Positions 8,392 through 17,747 of a stretch of 34,837 nt of DNA are shown piece by piece. The notes beneath the pieces are model-generated. The model had not been told where the DNA came from and did no database searches. It was given only the letters and a program-made list of their open reading frames with translations. Where the stretch lies: the IMG/VR virus record IMGVR_UViG_3300027917_000026; one strand, written 5' to 3'. The stretch's first letter is position 1; each line of letters opens with the position of its first letter. Source of the stretch: an uncultured virus (IMG/VR IMGVR_UViG_3300027917_000026) (taxonomy: Duplodnaviria > Heunggongvirae > Uroviricota > Caudoviricetes). A program made the position numbers and the translations under genes.

Positions 8392-8674
8392 GTATATAGC
8401 ACCACTGTTTCACGACCGACCGCCCTTGCAAATAGCAAGGGAATTCAACGGCTGAAAGCCATGCAAGGAATCGCGGATCTTTTTAGAATCCATACGGCAC
8501 TTGCAAGATTGAAACGACTTAGTTTGTCGGCGTGGTATCCCTTTGTAGTCAATCGGTGATTGAGATTAGGAATTGTTTATACTGGGGCAATTCTGAAATT
8601 GTTTAGCTACTGTTTCATATGTTTAGTTGACTTTACTTTAAATCAGAGATTGACAATATCAAAGGAACCGAATT

Positions 8675-9461
8675 TTTACCACGATTTGAAGAGTAACCGA
8701 TTGGTGAAAAAAATTGAGTGGATCGAAACAGTAATTGAAATCCGGCAATCACTACAGTGCCGATGTTACCATATAAGATCGATGCTAATTGGCAATAGCC
8801 GTATCAATGTAGTTGTCTATTTGAAACTATGTCGTTAGCTATTGTTTAAGACAGTGAAACTTGTCAGGGTGTGCCAATGACTAGTCCGTTTGGAATGTTC
8901 GAAGAGTAACCCAGCGTTAGGTGAAAAAAGACTTTCAAACACGGCGGCTAGTTAAGCAATATCCCTCTAATGCCTACGGCAACAATAGATTGGACGATGG
9001 TAATGATACTAACAAGAATAAGTCAACGGAGAGTAAAGCTCTAGAGATACCGTGGCTTGAAAGGGTTTGACTAAAGTATTGTTACAGGCCAGCCGAGAAT
9101 TAAGAGAATTGCCTACCTGTTTATCCGCAATAGTAAGACGCAACGCCAATAAGTCGCTGAAAAGAAAATGTAGGAATGTGGGCAAAGCTAATGGGAATCG
9201 CAAGATTTGAACCATGGCATTTATCGGACTTTGATGAAGTCGAGTAGTCAAATATGATATCTAAGCTATGATCCTTGACGTTTTGACCACCTTCGTGCAT
9301 CGGACTAAATAAGCGGGTTCGCAAGAAGAACTTTCCCTGAGTGGTGCTTAATCAGGGCTAACCATAAAATCCTCCTCCTATAAAAGTTATCATTCAAATG
9401 TGGTGGGGCTGATTCGAAGAGTAACAATTGTGAAAAAAGTTTCGGCCCCACCCGTTTGGAT
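8675..9461 (+). ncRNA. Candidate large structured ncRNA (about 800 nt)
   Basis: No ORF with an SD; many nested helices with G-U pairs; GCAA tetraloops; three copies of GAAGAGTAAC-N4-10-GTGAAAAAA, each at the tip of a helix. Confidence 0.65.
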
Positions 9462-9550
9462 ATCCTATGAGTCATGCATGGCTTCGGCAAATGCACGATT
9501 GATAAGGTATCCAAACAATACCTAATAACCCAAAAATAGGAGGTATTACA

Positions 9551-9856
9551 ATGACCATGCACCACATGACAGAACGTGCAATTCTGGATCGTTTGGATGA
9601 CTTCTCTTTCAAGATCGAATTGGTCAAAGATTTTTTTGAACTTGGCGAAGAAATGGATCTATCGCTTGACGATGCAAGCGCAATCGGGCGCGAGATTGAC
9701 AACCTTGTATTGAAGGCAAAGGCCAAACAATCCATGCACCGATGGAAAAAAGCGATGGATGACTTCAAAAAGATCCGCAAGTCGATTGACCTGTTGCGCG
9801 ATTCTTTGGAATCACTGCAAGATGACTTGAATGAAATTGAGGTCAAAAAAGCTTAG
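9551..9856 (+). CDS. Hypothetical early protein (coiled coil)
   Basis: SD AGGAGG; first gene of the rightward arm. Confidence 0.8.
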   Translation: MTMHHMTERAILDRLDDFSFKIELVKDFFELGEEMDLSLDDASAIGREIDNLVLKAKAKQSMHRWKKAMDDFKKIRKSIDLLRDSLESLQDDLNEIEVKKA

Positions 9857-9969
9857 GCTTTGAATTCTCATAGGTACAGTATAGGCCTTCCGCTATACTG
9901 TACCAATTGGGCATTCAAGGGAATGTCCTATTTGGGTTAAATAACTTCATTAAATAGGAGGATTAAAAA

Positions 9970-10209
9970 ATGGAAAGAATGACACGGTACGAAAAAGAAA
10001 TCGGTAGGAAAGTAACTGAAAAAATGCTTGACCATGAACTGGATCGGTTTGTTGACATGGATGAAGCAAAACTGTTGACGCGGCTGAAAAAGATCACTAC
10101 ACCGATTAAGCTTGAGGCTTTTCGCCAGATGGCTTTCATCACAAAAAATCGGAAACTTTACTTCGCCGCAAAAGACAAACTTGCCGATTTCGGTATTACC
10201 ATCAATTAA
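9970..10209 (+). CDS. Hypothetical early protein
   Basis: SD AGGAGG. Confidence 0.8.
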   Translation: MERMTRYEKEIGRKVTEKMLDHELDRFVDMDEAKLLTRLKKITTPIKLEAFRQMAFITKNRKLYFAAKDKLADFGITIN

Positions 10210-10303
10210 AGCGGCATACAACCCGCAATTGCTACATTGGATTGCGGGTTGAATTGTTGGTTTAATTATCAACGTGTCAAAAACAAAAATAGGAGGATTA
10301 ATT

Positions 10304-10522
10304 ATGATTATGGAAAAGCAATTCACGGTTGTTTGTCAACATTGCGGAAAAGTACTACTTGACAAAGGTACTGAAAAATTATCTCACGGTGATTGTCTTG
10401 AATATCACGGCAAACCATGTTCAGCCGGAATGGGATACTTCAAGCAATTGGCAAAAGATATGGAAATGGACTATAACGAAATGTTAGACAATTTCCGCAA
10501 ACGTCTTGACAATCGAAAGTAG
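10304..10522 (+). CDS. Small Zn-binding early protein
   Basis: CQHCG...SHGDC; SD AGGAGG. Confidence 0.75.
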   Translation: MIMEKQFTVVCQHCGKVLLDKGTEKLSHGDCLEYHGKPCSAGMGYFKQLAKDMEMDYNEMLDNFRKRLDNRK

Positions 10523-10626
10523 TCATTAAGCAATCATACAGCCAGCAAGCTTTTAACGAAGTTTGTTGGCTGAATTGAATGCTTAATATCAAGCATTCAT
10601 AAACCCATATTATAGGAGGATTTACC

Positions 10627-10809
10627 ATGGCTAAAAAAAGTAGTAAAGACACAACGGTTGAGGTCACGAAAAACGACAAAGATTCAAAACGCTATTTTCG
10701 CTACAACATTGGCGAACAAGGCGAAAAAATTGTCGGCGGTCTTTACATTTCCAAAGATCTGAAAAAGATCCCGAAGCGTATTGTCCTTGACCTGTCAGAC
10801 GCCGCCTAG
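10627..10809 (+). CDS. Hypothetical early protein
   Basis: SD AGGAGG. Confidence 0.75.
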   Translation: MAKKSSKDTTVEVTKNDKDSKRYFRYNIGEQGEKIVGGLYISKDLKKIPKRIVLDLSDAA

Positions 10810-10930
10810 TAAGGGTTTGCCGGAGGTTAAGCATGTTGAGGTACAGCAAATGACTACATGTGTTTGCTGTACCAATTGGATGCTTAAATCCAGAAACAAA
10901 AAAATAACTCAAAATGGGAGGATTATAATC

Positions 10931-11305
10931 ATGGCAAGTAAAGCTTGCAAACGTCATGGCAATGGCAATGTAGCAAACAATGGCGGCAAGTGGATTCGCC
11001 CGAATAGGCGCAAAGCAATTTATCTTCGCGATGACTTGAAATGCGTTTATTGCGGCAAGGGTATTGAGGATGGAATCATCTTCACGCTTGACCACTTGGT
11101 TTCGCAAGAGTTTGGCGGCGATCATTCAAGTAGTAATTTGGTGACTTGCTGTAAATCTTGCAATTCCGCAAAAGGCAAGAAAACGCAACGGCAATTCTTC
11201 ATGTGGTTGCGCGATCAAGGGGTTGACACCGATCATATTGCCAAACGGATTCGCCGGAATATCCGCCGAAAGCTACCTTTAAAATCACACAAATCAAGGA
11301 TCTAA
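10931..11305 (+). CDS. HNH endonuclease
   Basis: IYLRD..CVYCG...LDHL...GG....NLVTCCKSCN..K; SD GGGAGG before ATG 10931. Confidence 0.9.
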   Translation: MASKACKRHGNGNVANNGGKWIRPNRRKAIYLRDDLKCVYCGKGIEDGIIFTLDHLVSQEFGGDHSSSNLVTCCKSCNSAKGKKTQRQFFMWLRDQGVDTDHIAKRIRRNIRRKLPLKSHKSRI

Positions 11306-11317
11306 AAGGAGTCAATT

Positions 11318-11533
11318 ATGATTAGATGCAAATGTGGTTTAACATTTCCGAATGCCTGTCATCATGCCGTTCACAAATGCCTTGAAGATGAAACCGATGA
11401 GCATACAACGGTTTGCTCAAGATGCGGCAAACACTTGACTTCGCCAATTTCATTAGATGAGGCGATCATTCAAATTGATGACAGCAAACATTTTATCGCA
11501 GTTATTTGCCTTGATTGCGTTAAAGAAATTTAA
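11318..11533 (+). CDS. Small Cys/His-rich Zn-finger protein
   Basis: CKCG...H..HKC...CSRCG...CLDC; SD AAGGAG. Confidence 0.7.
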   Translation: MIRCKCGLTFPNACHHAVHKCLEDETDEHTTVCSRCGKHLTSPISLDEAIIQIDDSKHFIAVICLDCVKEI

Positions 11534-11634
11534 GCAATCATAGAGCCAGCAATGGTGCGGTTTTGCCGTAGCTTGTTGGCTCAATTGGATGCTTAAATAC
11601 AGAAACAAATAACTTAAAAATAGGAGGATTTAAA

Positions 11635-11877
11635 ATGGAAAAAGTAATTGCGAAACATCTTAATTTACGTGATGTAGTCGATCTTGGTTTTACTCCTTGG
11701 GGTAACGCAACGGTTGTGGATATCAACAGGGGTATGGTCAAATTCTACAGACCATACGTTCACACCGATGATATCAAAACAACTGGCGGTGTGCTTCATT
11801 ATCTTGGGCATGAATATTTTGAGGTTCCGCAAGATGACCGTGAATTCACGGTGATTGAGCGAAGACCTATCAGATAA
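11635..11877 (+). CDS. Hypothetical early protein
   Basis: SD AGGAGG. Confidence 0.8.
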   Translation: MEKVIAKHLNLRDVVDLGFTPWGNATVVDINRGMVKFYRPYVHTDDIKTTGGVLHYLGHEYFEVPQDDREFTVIERRPIR

Positions 11878-11886
11878 GGGGGTGCC

Positions 11887-11997
11887 ATGTTAGATGTAGC
11901 TATTTCTTATGTAATCATTTGCTGGATTGCCATGGCTGTTGTCGGCATTATCAAATTACTTGAAATAATCGAAACCCTTTTCGGTGATAAGGAGTAA
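11887..11997 (+). CDS. 36-aa membrane peptide (MLDVAISYVIICWIAMAVVGIIKLLEIIETLFGDKE)
   Basis: Hand-translated; SD AAGGGGG; fills the gap. Confidence 0.6.
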   Translation: MLDVAISYVIICWIAMAVVGIIKLLEIIETLFGDKE

Positions 11998-12001
11998 AAC
12001 G

Positions 12002-12205
12002 ATGGCTGATCAAAAAAGATACAAATATATTATTTTCGCTTTTTCACATTACTACCCTATCGGCGGCATGAATGATATCAAAGGTTCAACCAATTCTTTG
12101 AGTGCCGCCATAAGTCACTTCAATGTGAACAAAGGTAAAGATGGCTGGGATCACTGTCAAATTGTTGAGCGCGATTCATGGCGTATTGTCTACGAATCAG
12201 AGTAA
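12002..12205 (+). CDS. Hypothetical phage protein (YYP.GG..D motif family)
   Basis: SD AAGGAG; FAFSHYYPIGGMND. Confidence 0.75.
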   Translation: MADQKRYKYIIFAFSHYYPIGGMNDIKGSTNSLSAAISHFNVNKGKDGWDHCQIVERDSWRIVYESE

Positions 12206-12303
12206 AATAGTTTAACTTCTGTAAAGCCGCTATTGACATGGCTTTACAGACGCTTGACTATTTTGGTCGAGAAAACAATAACTTCATACATAGGAGGATT
12301 GCT

Positions 12304-12975
12304 ATGGAAATGCACCAATTTTCAAAAAAGAATTGGGAAGACTTTGGCGATTGGATTCAAACAACAGATCCACATGCAGGCAAAATTAAGGTTCCGTCAA
12401 TTGATGATCCGAGAATACTTGAGGGTGTAGCCGTTCTTGACGGTAGCAAACTCACGCTGGTCGCGGATCAAGATGGAGTCATTATTTTTGTGGGTGAAAA
12501 AGATTTCACGCATAGAAAAAATGCCTTGAAATTTGCCAAAGAAATGCCGCAATTTGTTTCGAGAAATTTTCTTGAACAGAATGACTTCTATACAGGCACG
12601 CGAAAGCCGCCAAAAAAGAAGTCAAAGTCAAAAGTTAAAAAGTTAAAAAAACACGGCAAGCCCGAAACGCTTGATCTTTTCCATGCCTACATTGATGGAT
12701 CTTTGATTAGCTGTCAAGCCAATAGTCACTTTTTTACCTTGACACCGCAAATGTTAAATGTTATGGCTGAAAAGATTTCCAATGTTCAAGAACAAGTCAC
12801 GGCGCGGCGCAAGTACCAATCACGAATTGATGAAGTCAAATGTCATGCGGATGCAATTATCAATCATTGTGATGATTTCCTTGACGATTGCGAAGAGATT
12901 GAGGATGTTGTTGATAGCATTAAATCAACCTTATCCGATCTTCAGGAAACCGTTGAAAACCTTGACTTGTATTGA
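12304..12975 (+). CDS. Hypothetical protein
   Basis: SD AGGAGG before ATG 12304. Confidence 0.8.
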   Translation: MEMHQFSKKNWEDFGDWIQTTDPHAGKIKVPSIDDPRILEGVAVLDGSKLTLVADQDGVIIFVGEKDFTHRKNALKFAKEMPQFVSRNFLEQNDFYTGTRKPPKKKSKSKVKKLKKHGKPETLDLFHAYIDGSLISCQANSHFFTLTPQMLNVMAEKISNVQEQVTARRKYQSRIDEVKCHADAIINHCDDFLDDCEEIEDVVDSIKSTLSDLQETVENLDLY

Positions 12976-13001
12976 TCTTCATTCTGAATCCATGGTATAA
13001 T
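12972..13001 (+). promoter_or_regulatory. Sigma70-type promoter
   Basis: TTGATC-18 nt-TATAAT with extended -10 TG. Confidence 0.55.
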
Positions 13002-13105
13002 TAAAGCGGGTGAATATTCGATGCAACCCACAAATGACTACATGTGTTTGTGGGTTGGCTTGAATGTTTAGTCGAAACAATAACTTTAAAAATAGGAGGA
13101 TTATT

Positions 13106-13462
13106 ATGAGAAAATTACATTTGACCTTAACAGATCCAGATGGCGTAGTCATTTCGCAACACACCATTGGGCGCAAGCTTGAGGAAGACTTTGATCTTGA
13201 GGATCTTGACGCGGAAAGTGAATGCGATTTTTACCTTTGGGGTAACTACAATGATCCAGCCGATATAGGCGAAGATATTGTCCGTGAGGGCAAAACTTGG
13301 TTTGAACACCATGGCGAAAAGATCTGCGAAAAATGTGGTGAAATCGCAAACAAGATGGGTGCCTCTTTTGGTGACGATGACTACTTACGATTGAATTATC
13401 ATTGCGAAAATTGTAATGATGTGTGGTCAATCAAAAGTCCATCAATTCGGAGGGCAAGATAA
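13106..13462 (+). CDS. Acidic protein with C-terminal Zn ribbon
   Basis: CEKCG...CENC; SD AGGAGG. Confidence 0.75.
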   Translation: MRKLHLTLTDPDGVVISQHTIGRKLEEDFDLEDLDAESECDFYLWGNYNDPADIGEDIVREGKTWFEHHGEKICEKCGEIANKMGASFGDDDYLRLNYHCENCNDVWSIKSPSIRRAR

Positions 13463-13671
13463 TGACTACAATTATCAAAAAGAAATTGGCGGCTGATGTT
13501 TTCATCGTTTTAGAAGATGAGGATCGAAAACAGCTAGATAATTACACTATTGATCGAACTTGCGTTGACATGGAAGTACTTGTCAATAGCTTGCCTGCAT
13601 ATCGTTTGGGCGTGGGTGGCAAAAATATCAAAGCCACAATTCGACTACACCTTAAAGGATATGCCAAGTGA
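13462..13671 (+). CDS. Hypothetical protein
   Basis: TAATG coupling; SD GGAGGG. Confidence 0.7.
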   Translation: MTTIIKKKLAADVFIVLEDEDRKQLDNYTIDRTCVDMEVLVNSLPAYRLGVGGKNIKATIRLHLKGYAK

Positions 13672-13805
13672 AAGGGGGGTCAATATGGTCAACGGCTAGA
13701 AATAGTCCAACTTTTGCATTGCGGGTGATGGTAGTCATTTGCAATGCAAACGCTTGATTATTTCAGATCAAGGCAAACAATAACTTCAACATAGGAGGAT
13801 TTATT

Positions 13806-14015
13806 ATGGAACCTAAAAGAGTTGAAATCACATTTGGCAAGGACGGATCAGTCCGTGTCGAAGCATTTGGTTTTGTCGGAAAGTCATGCGAAGAGGCGAC
13901 CGCTTTTTTGGATAAACTTTTCGGCAATGACTCCAACAAAGTCCACAAGGAAAGCTATTATATCGAAGAAAAAGAGAATCTTGTCGATGGCTTGCCCAGT
14001 GGATATTGCGGATAG
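13806..14015 (+). CDS. DUF2997-like protein
   Basis: VEITFGKDGSVRVEAFGFVGKSCEEATAFLDKLFG matches the family pattern as I recall it. Confidence 0.75.
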   Translation: MEPKRVEITFGKDGSVRVEAFGFVGKSCEEATAFLDKLFGNDSNKVHKESYYIEEKENLVDGLPSGYCG

Positions 14016-14024
14016 GGGGTTGAA

Positions 14025-14207
14025 ATGATTGAAGACAAAGTATTTGTTGCCGCCGAATTTGCGGCAAGAGATATCATCGAAACCCCTGACTTTTCCGTTG
14101 CTAAGTTTTCCTACATAGATAAACAAGGCAACAAAGTTTATTATGATGGTTGTTCATATTGGGTAGTGAATCCCAATGGAATGATCAAACAAACTGAAAA
14201 GGAGTAA
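14025..14207 (+). CDS. Hypothetical protein
   Basis: SD AGGGGG; in operon. Confidence 0.65.
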   Translation: MIEDKVFVAAEFAARDIIETPDFSVAKFSYIDKQGNKVYYDGCSYWVVNPNGMIKQTEKE

Positions 14208-14212
14208 ATCAA

Positions 14213-14575
14213 ATGTCACACATTACACAATACAATGAACGTGTAAAGGATATCAAGACCTTCTTGGAAGTCGCGCCATTACACGGTAAATTGACAATGG
14301 TTGAATCCGTCAAGATGTTTGGTAGTCAAACGCAAGATGCCGTTTGTCAGGTGGAATTGCCTGGATGGAGATATCCTGTTGCAATTTCAAAAGACGGTTC
14401 TGTTTACTACGATCATTTTGGTTCACAACCGAATACCATGGAAAAGCTGGGTGGCATGTTGCAAGATTACAATGAGCAAGCAACAGCAAAGGTTGTACCA
14501 TATGATCGTGTTAACAATCACTACACCGAGCAATTGGAAAACGGTGATCGAAAGTTGGTGCTTGAATATGCTTGA
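14213..14575 (+). CDS. DUF1257 (Ycf35)-like protein
   Basis: MSHIT......KD N-terminus, LPGWRYPV, YD.F, LQDY, and a C-terminal ENG..KLVL. Confidence 0.75.
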   Translation: MSHITQYNERVKDIKTFLEVAPLHGKLTMVESVKMFGSQTQDAVCQVELPGWRYPVAISKDGSVYYDHFGSQPNTMEKLGGMLQDYNEQATAKVVPYDRVNNHYTEQLENGDRKLVLEYA

Positions 14576-14819
14576 CCATTTAAAAATCCACTTTTCAGTG
14601 CTTGACTACCTTGACGTGGGCTATTCATACACATTGCCGCGCCATGGTCGGATTCACATCCGCGCCACTGTAGATGATTCTCAAATTGTCTATGCATACT
14701 ACGGCAAACGGCGGCAATGGTGGCATTACAGCATTCAATCACTTTACTACTTTCAACTTTGCCACGATGATAGCACACTGAAAGGCAAAAAGAAAACACC
14801 CAGCGATTACTTCAAATAA
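14568..14819 (+). CDS. Hypothetical protein
   Basis: 3' part of ORF 14301-14819 from ATG 14568; HIRATVDD.QIVY.YYG...QWWHY. Confidence 0.65.
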   Translation: MLDHLKIHFSVLDYLDVGYSYTLPRHGRIHIRATVDDSQIVYAYYGKRRQWWHYSIQSLYYFQLCHDDSTLKGKKKTPSDYFK

Positions 14820-14907
14820 TTATACAGCCAGCAAGCGTTTCGGCGTTTGTTGGCTGAATTAGATATTTGAGGTAAATATCTAATAACCCAAAATAGGAGG
14901 ATTCATT

Positions 14908-15243
14908 ATGGATGCCAAAACTTTTTGGTCAATGTCAAAATTGGAGCAATTCCAATTTGTAGTCGAAAATTGTAATTACGATAACTGGCCGCGATATCCA
15001 TTCATGCCACTTGTGAACCATACAGTAGAGCCGTTTTCCGATGACTACTGCGGGTTTCTCTTGGCAAAGGATATCAGAACCCTAAGTAATTACAAAGTCT
15101 ATGTAGGCATGATGTTTGACGCGAATGCTTTATTACAAAAATTATCATTGCGATCAATTTCAATTGAAAAAATTGACAAAATGGAAGCAAGAATTTATCC
15201 GACTTTATTTAAACTTGCCGAAATTTGGAAGATCGATGAATAG
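14908..15243 (+). CDS. Hypothetical protein
   Basis: SD AGGAGG; WPRYPFMP motif. Confidence 0.8.
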   Translation: MDAKTFWSMSKLEQFQFVVENCNYDNWPRYPFMPLVNHTVEPFSDDYCGFLLAKDIRTLSNYKVYVGMMFDANALLQKLSLRSISIEKIDKMEARIYPTLFKLAEIWKIDE

Positions 15244-15252
15244 GAGTCAATC

Positions 15253-15453
15253 ATGGCAAAAGGTATTAATATCAAAGAGTATCGCGGTTGCAAGGTGAAT
15301 CGATATAAAAAAGTAGTAATGCACCTGACCGATGATAAAGGCAAAAAACTTCACGTCAGATTTTCATGGGATATTTGGTCAAAGCTTATGAGCGATATCA
15401 CTACACCAGTTGTTGACCATGTTAGCAAAGTGATGGACGACTTCAATGATTGA
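15253..15453 (+). CDS. Hypothetical protein
   Basis: SD AGGAG. Confidence 0.7.
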   Translation: MAKGINIKEYRGCKVNRYKKVVMHLTDDKGKKLHVRFSWDIWSKLMSDITTPVVDHVSKVMDDFND

Positions 15454-15547
15454 ATCGTAAGTATGCTGAGATACCGCGAATGACTACATTGTGTTCGCGG
15501 TATCAATTGGATACTTAGGAATCAAATAACTAATAGGAGGATTACTT

Positions 15548-15865
15548 ATGAGAAATTCTAGTTCAATGAAATTGGTTGCGATTTACTTCATTTGTGTTGG
15601 TATTGTTGCGATCATAGCCATTTTAATCTATGGTTGCAATCATACGCCAGCCGTGAAAACAACGGATATCTACACAAAGCAAAGTGATATCCAACCCGGC
15701 CGTACTGTCATTTATGGCGGCGGCGCGGAACCAAAAGGATATCTACAGCCAAGTCGTATTGATCCAAGGGTCACGGTAGAGTATGACAAAAAAGGCAATG
15801 TCAAAGGGTATTGGAAACAAGATCCTGTCGATGCACGTAAAATGCGGTTTTACAAAAAGAAGTAA
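15548..15865 (+). CDS. Putative lipoprotein or exported protein
   Basis: Hydrophobic signal ending in IYG-C; internal KGY repeats. Confidence 0.65.
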   Translation: MRNSSSMKLVAIYFICVGIVAIIAILIYGCNHTPAVKTTDIYTKQSDIQPGRTVIYGGGAEPKGYLQPSRIDPRVTVEYDKKGNVKGYWKQDPVDARKMRFYKKK

Positions 15866-15876
15866 AGGGGGCAATC

Positions 15877-16128
15877 ATGCTAAAAGTACAGGATGGATCA
15901 ATCGGAAATATTATCTTCCATAACATCACGCGGTTGACGCATTTATCGCAATTGCAAAACTTTACTACCTTGATAATGGTTGAAAGTGACGGATTGCAAA
16001 TTGACTTGTGGTTGACAGGCAATGAGACAAAGGCAATTAAAGATCTGATAAAATATTATCAAAGGTATTATGATGTTCACTTGCGCGATATGGAAAAGAA
16101 AATTATCCGATTGGAAAAAGTAAAATAG
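15877..16128 (+). CDS. Hypothetical protein
   Basis: SD AGGGGG. Confidence 0.65.
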   Translation: MLKVQDGSIGNIIFHNITRLTHLSQLQNFTTLIMVESDGLQIDLWLTGNETKAIKDLIKYYQRYYDVHLRDMEKKIIRLEKVK

Positions 16129-16222
16129 TTTAACTTCTGGAAACACACGGTATTGACGTGTTTCCAGACGCTTGACTATTTTATGTCAGGAAAACAATAA
16201 CTTCAACATAGGAGGATTAATT

Positions 16223-17650
16223 ATGGATCAGGAAAAATTTATAGACAAATTGCGTGCTGGATTTGCGGGTTTCTGGATGAAAACACATGAACATGACCGT
16301 GTAAGAATTGAGGTCTTCAATGAACTCGGTGAATTCGCCTTGTCAGGCGGAGAGAAATTCACGGTTGCCGAATGGGATTGCATTTCAGAAAAACCCGATC
16401 CAATGTCTCCACTGGCGTTTCTCGATGGCGCGGCTGACAATACCGTCATGTTTCTGTTTAACTACCACTGGTTTATTGATCGTCAAAATGTTATTCAGAA
16501 AATTATTAACAGTATGGCGGCGTGGGCAAACAAAGGCAAAGCAATTGTAGTTGTTAGTCCGATTGAAAAAATTCCAGTCGAACTTCAAAAAGCAATTACA
16601 CTTATCGATTTGCCAATGCCTGATGATGAAGAAATTGTCGATGCCATGAAACACGTTGCGCCTAGTGATGACTACATGCCAAAGAATGCCGAACTTGATG
16701 GATATGTCAGGGTATCACGCGGATTAACTCGAATGGAATTAGAGAATATCTACGCCTTGTGCCTTACAAAGCACAAGCGATTTGACGTGGCAACCATCAA
16801 TGACTACCGCGCTTTAATGGTTAAGAAAAGCGGTTTGGCTGATATCTTGCCACCGACTAAAACCTTTAATGATGTTATCGGATATCAGGTAGTCAAAGAT
16901 CAAGTCATGGATACGATCTTCTATCCAGAGGCAAAAGGTATTATTGCCATTGGGCCGACAGGTACAGGCAAAACAAGCTTGGCACAAGCAATTGCTACAG
17001 AGTCAAATAAGCTTGCCGTTAAAGTCAGAACTGGCAAGCTTTTCTCGAAGTTTCAAGGTGAAACGGATCAAAAGACCGATGCCTTAATTGATATGTTAAC
17101 TGCATTAGGTGATTCGTTTGTATTGTTTGATGAATTCGAGAAGCAATTCGCGGGTGTTGGTTCAAGTGGTGAATTGGATTCCGGCACAACTTCACGGCTG
17201 GGCGGTCGTTTCTTGGAATTCTTTCAAGATACACCGCATGGTATTTATAGATGTGCTACGTGCAATAGCACGCGGGGCATTCCGCCCGAATACTTCCGGC
17301 CGGGTCGCTGGGATAGTGCGCCATGGTATGTTGGTTTGCCTACTGACAAAGTTAAAAAGTCTATTCTCAATCACTACATTGGAAAATTTGAATTGAGCAA
17401 AAAACAAACTAGCACAATCCCAAAAATGCCATTGTGGACTGGCGCTGAAATTGAAGCAATGTGCCACAATGCGCGGATGAGAAAAATTAACTTAGTTGAT
17501 GCAAGTCAATTTATCATCCCGATGGCGTTGACCGCAAAAGAAGAATATGATCAAATGGAACTTTGGGCCAAAGATCGGTGCGTCAATGCTGAAGATATTC
17601 CTAAAGTCAGCATTGCCGTATCTTCGCGGAAACGCAAATTAAAAATGTAG
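16223..17650 (+). CDS. AAA+ ATPase (Ycf46-like)
   Basis: Degenerate N-terminal AAA domain (IPVEL...LPMPD..EI); Walker A GPTGTGKT; Walker B LFDEFEK; FRPGRWD; WTGAEIE. Confidence 0.9.
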   Translation: MDQEKFIDKLRAGFAGFWMKTHEHDRVRIEVFNELGEFALSGGEKFTVAEWDCISEKPDPMSPLAFLDGAADNTVMFLFNYHWFIDRQNVIQKIINSMAAWANKGKAIVVVSPIEKIPVELQKAITLIDLPMPDDEEIVDAMKHVAPSDDYMPKNAELDGYVRVSRGLTRMELENIYALCLTKHKRFDVATINDYRALMVKKSGLADILPPTKTFNDVIGYQVVKDQVMDTIFYPEAKGIIAIGPTGTGKTSLAQAIATESNKLAVKVRTGKLFSKFQGETDQKTDALIDMLTALGDSFVLFDEFEKQFAGVGSSGELDSGTTSRLGGRFLEFFQDTPHGIYRCATCNSTRGIPPEYFRPGRWDSAPWYVGLPTDKVKKSILNHYIGKFELSKKQTSTIPKMPLWTGAEIEAMCHNARMRKINLVDASQFIIPMALTAKEEYDQMELWAKDRCVNAEDIPKVSIAVSSRKRKLKM

Positions 17651-17747
17651 TCATGCCTTTTGAGGTACAGCAAGCAATTGTGTTTGCTGTACCAATTGAA
17701 TGCATGGTGCATTCGTAACCAATAACTTCATACATAGGAGGAAAATT

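Noticed and set aside
7600..9460. CRISPR array or tRNA cluster in the non-coding gap
   Set aside because: Repeats are short, degenerate, irregularly spaced and in both orientations. The TTCGAA hits lack a cloverleaf.
7743..9565. Short ORFs in the non-coding gap
   Set aside because: No SD in a genome where real genes have strong SDs; no protein-like features.
10781..17747. Extended N-termini given by the ORF track (10781, 12238, 13064, 14301, 16172, 17700)
   Set aside because: They run through leader hairpins or upstream genes; SD-linked or coupled downstream ATGs are the better starts.
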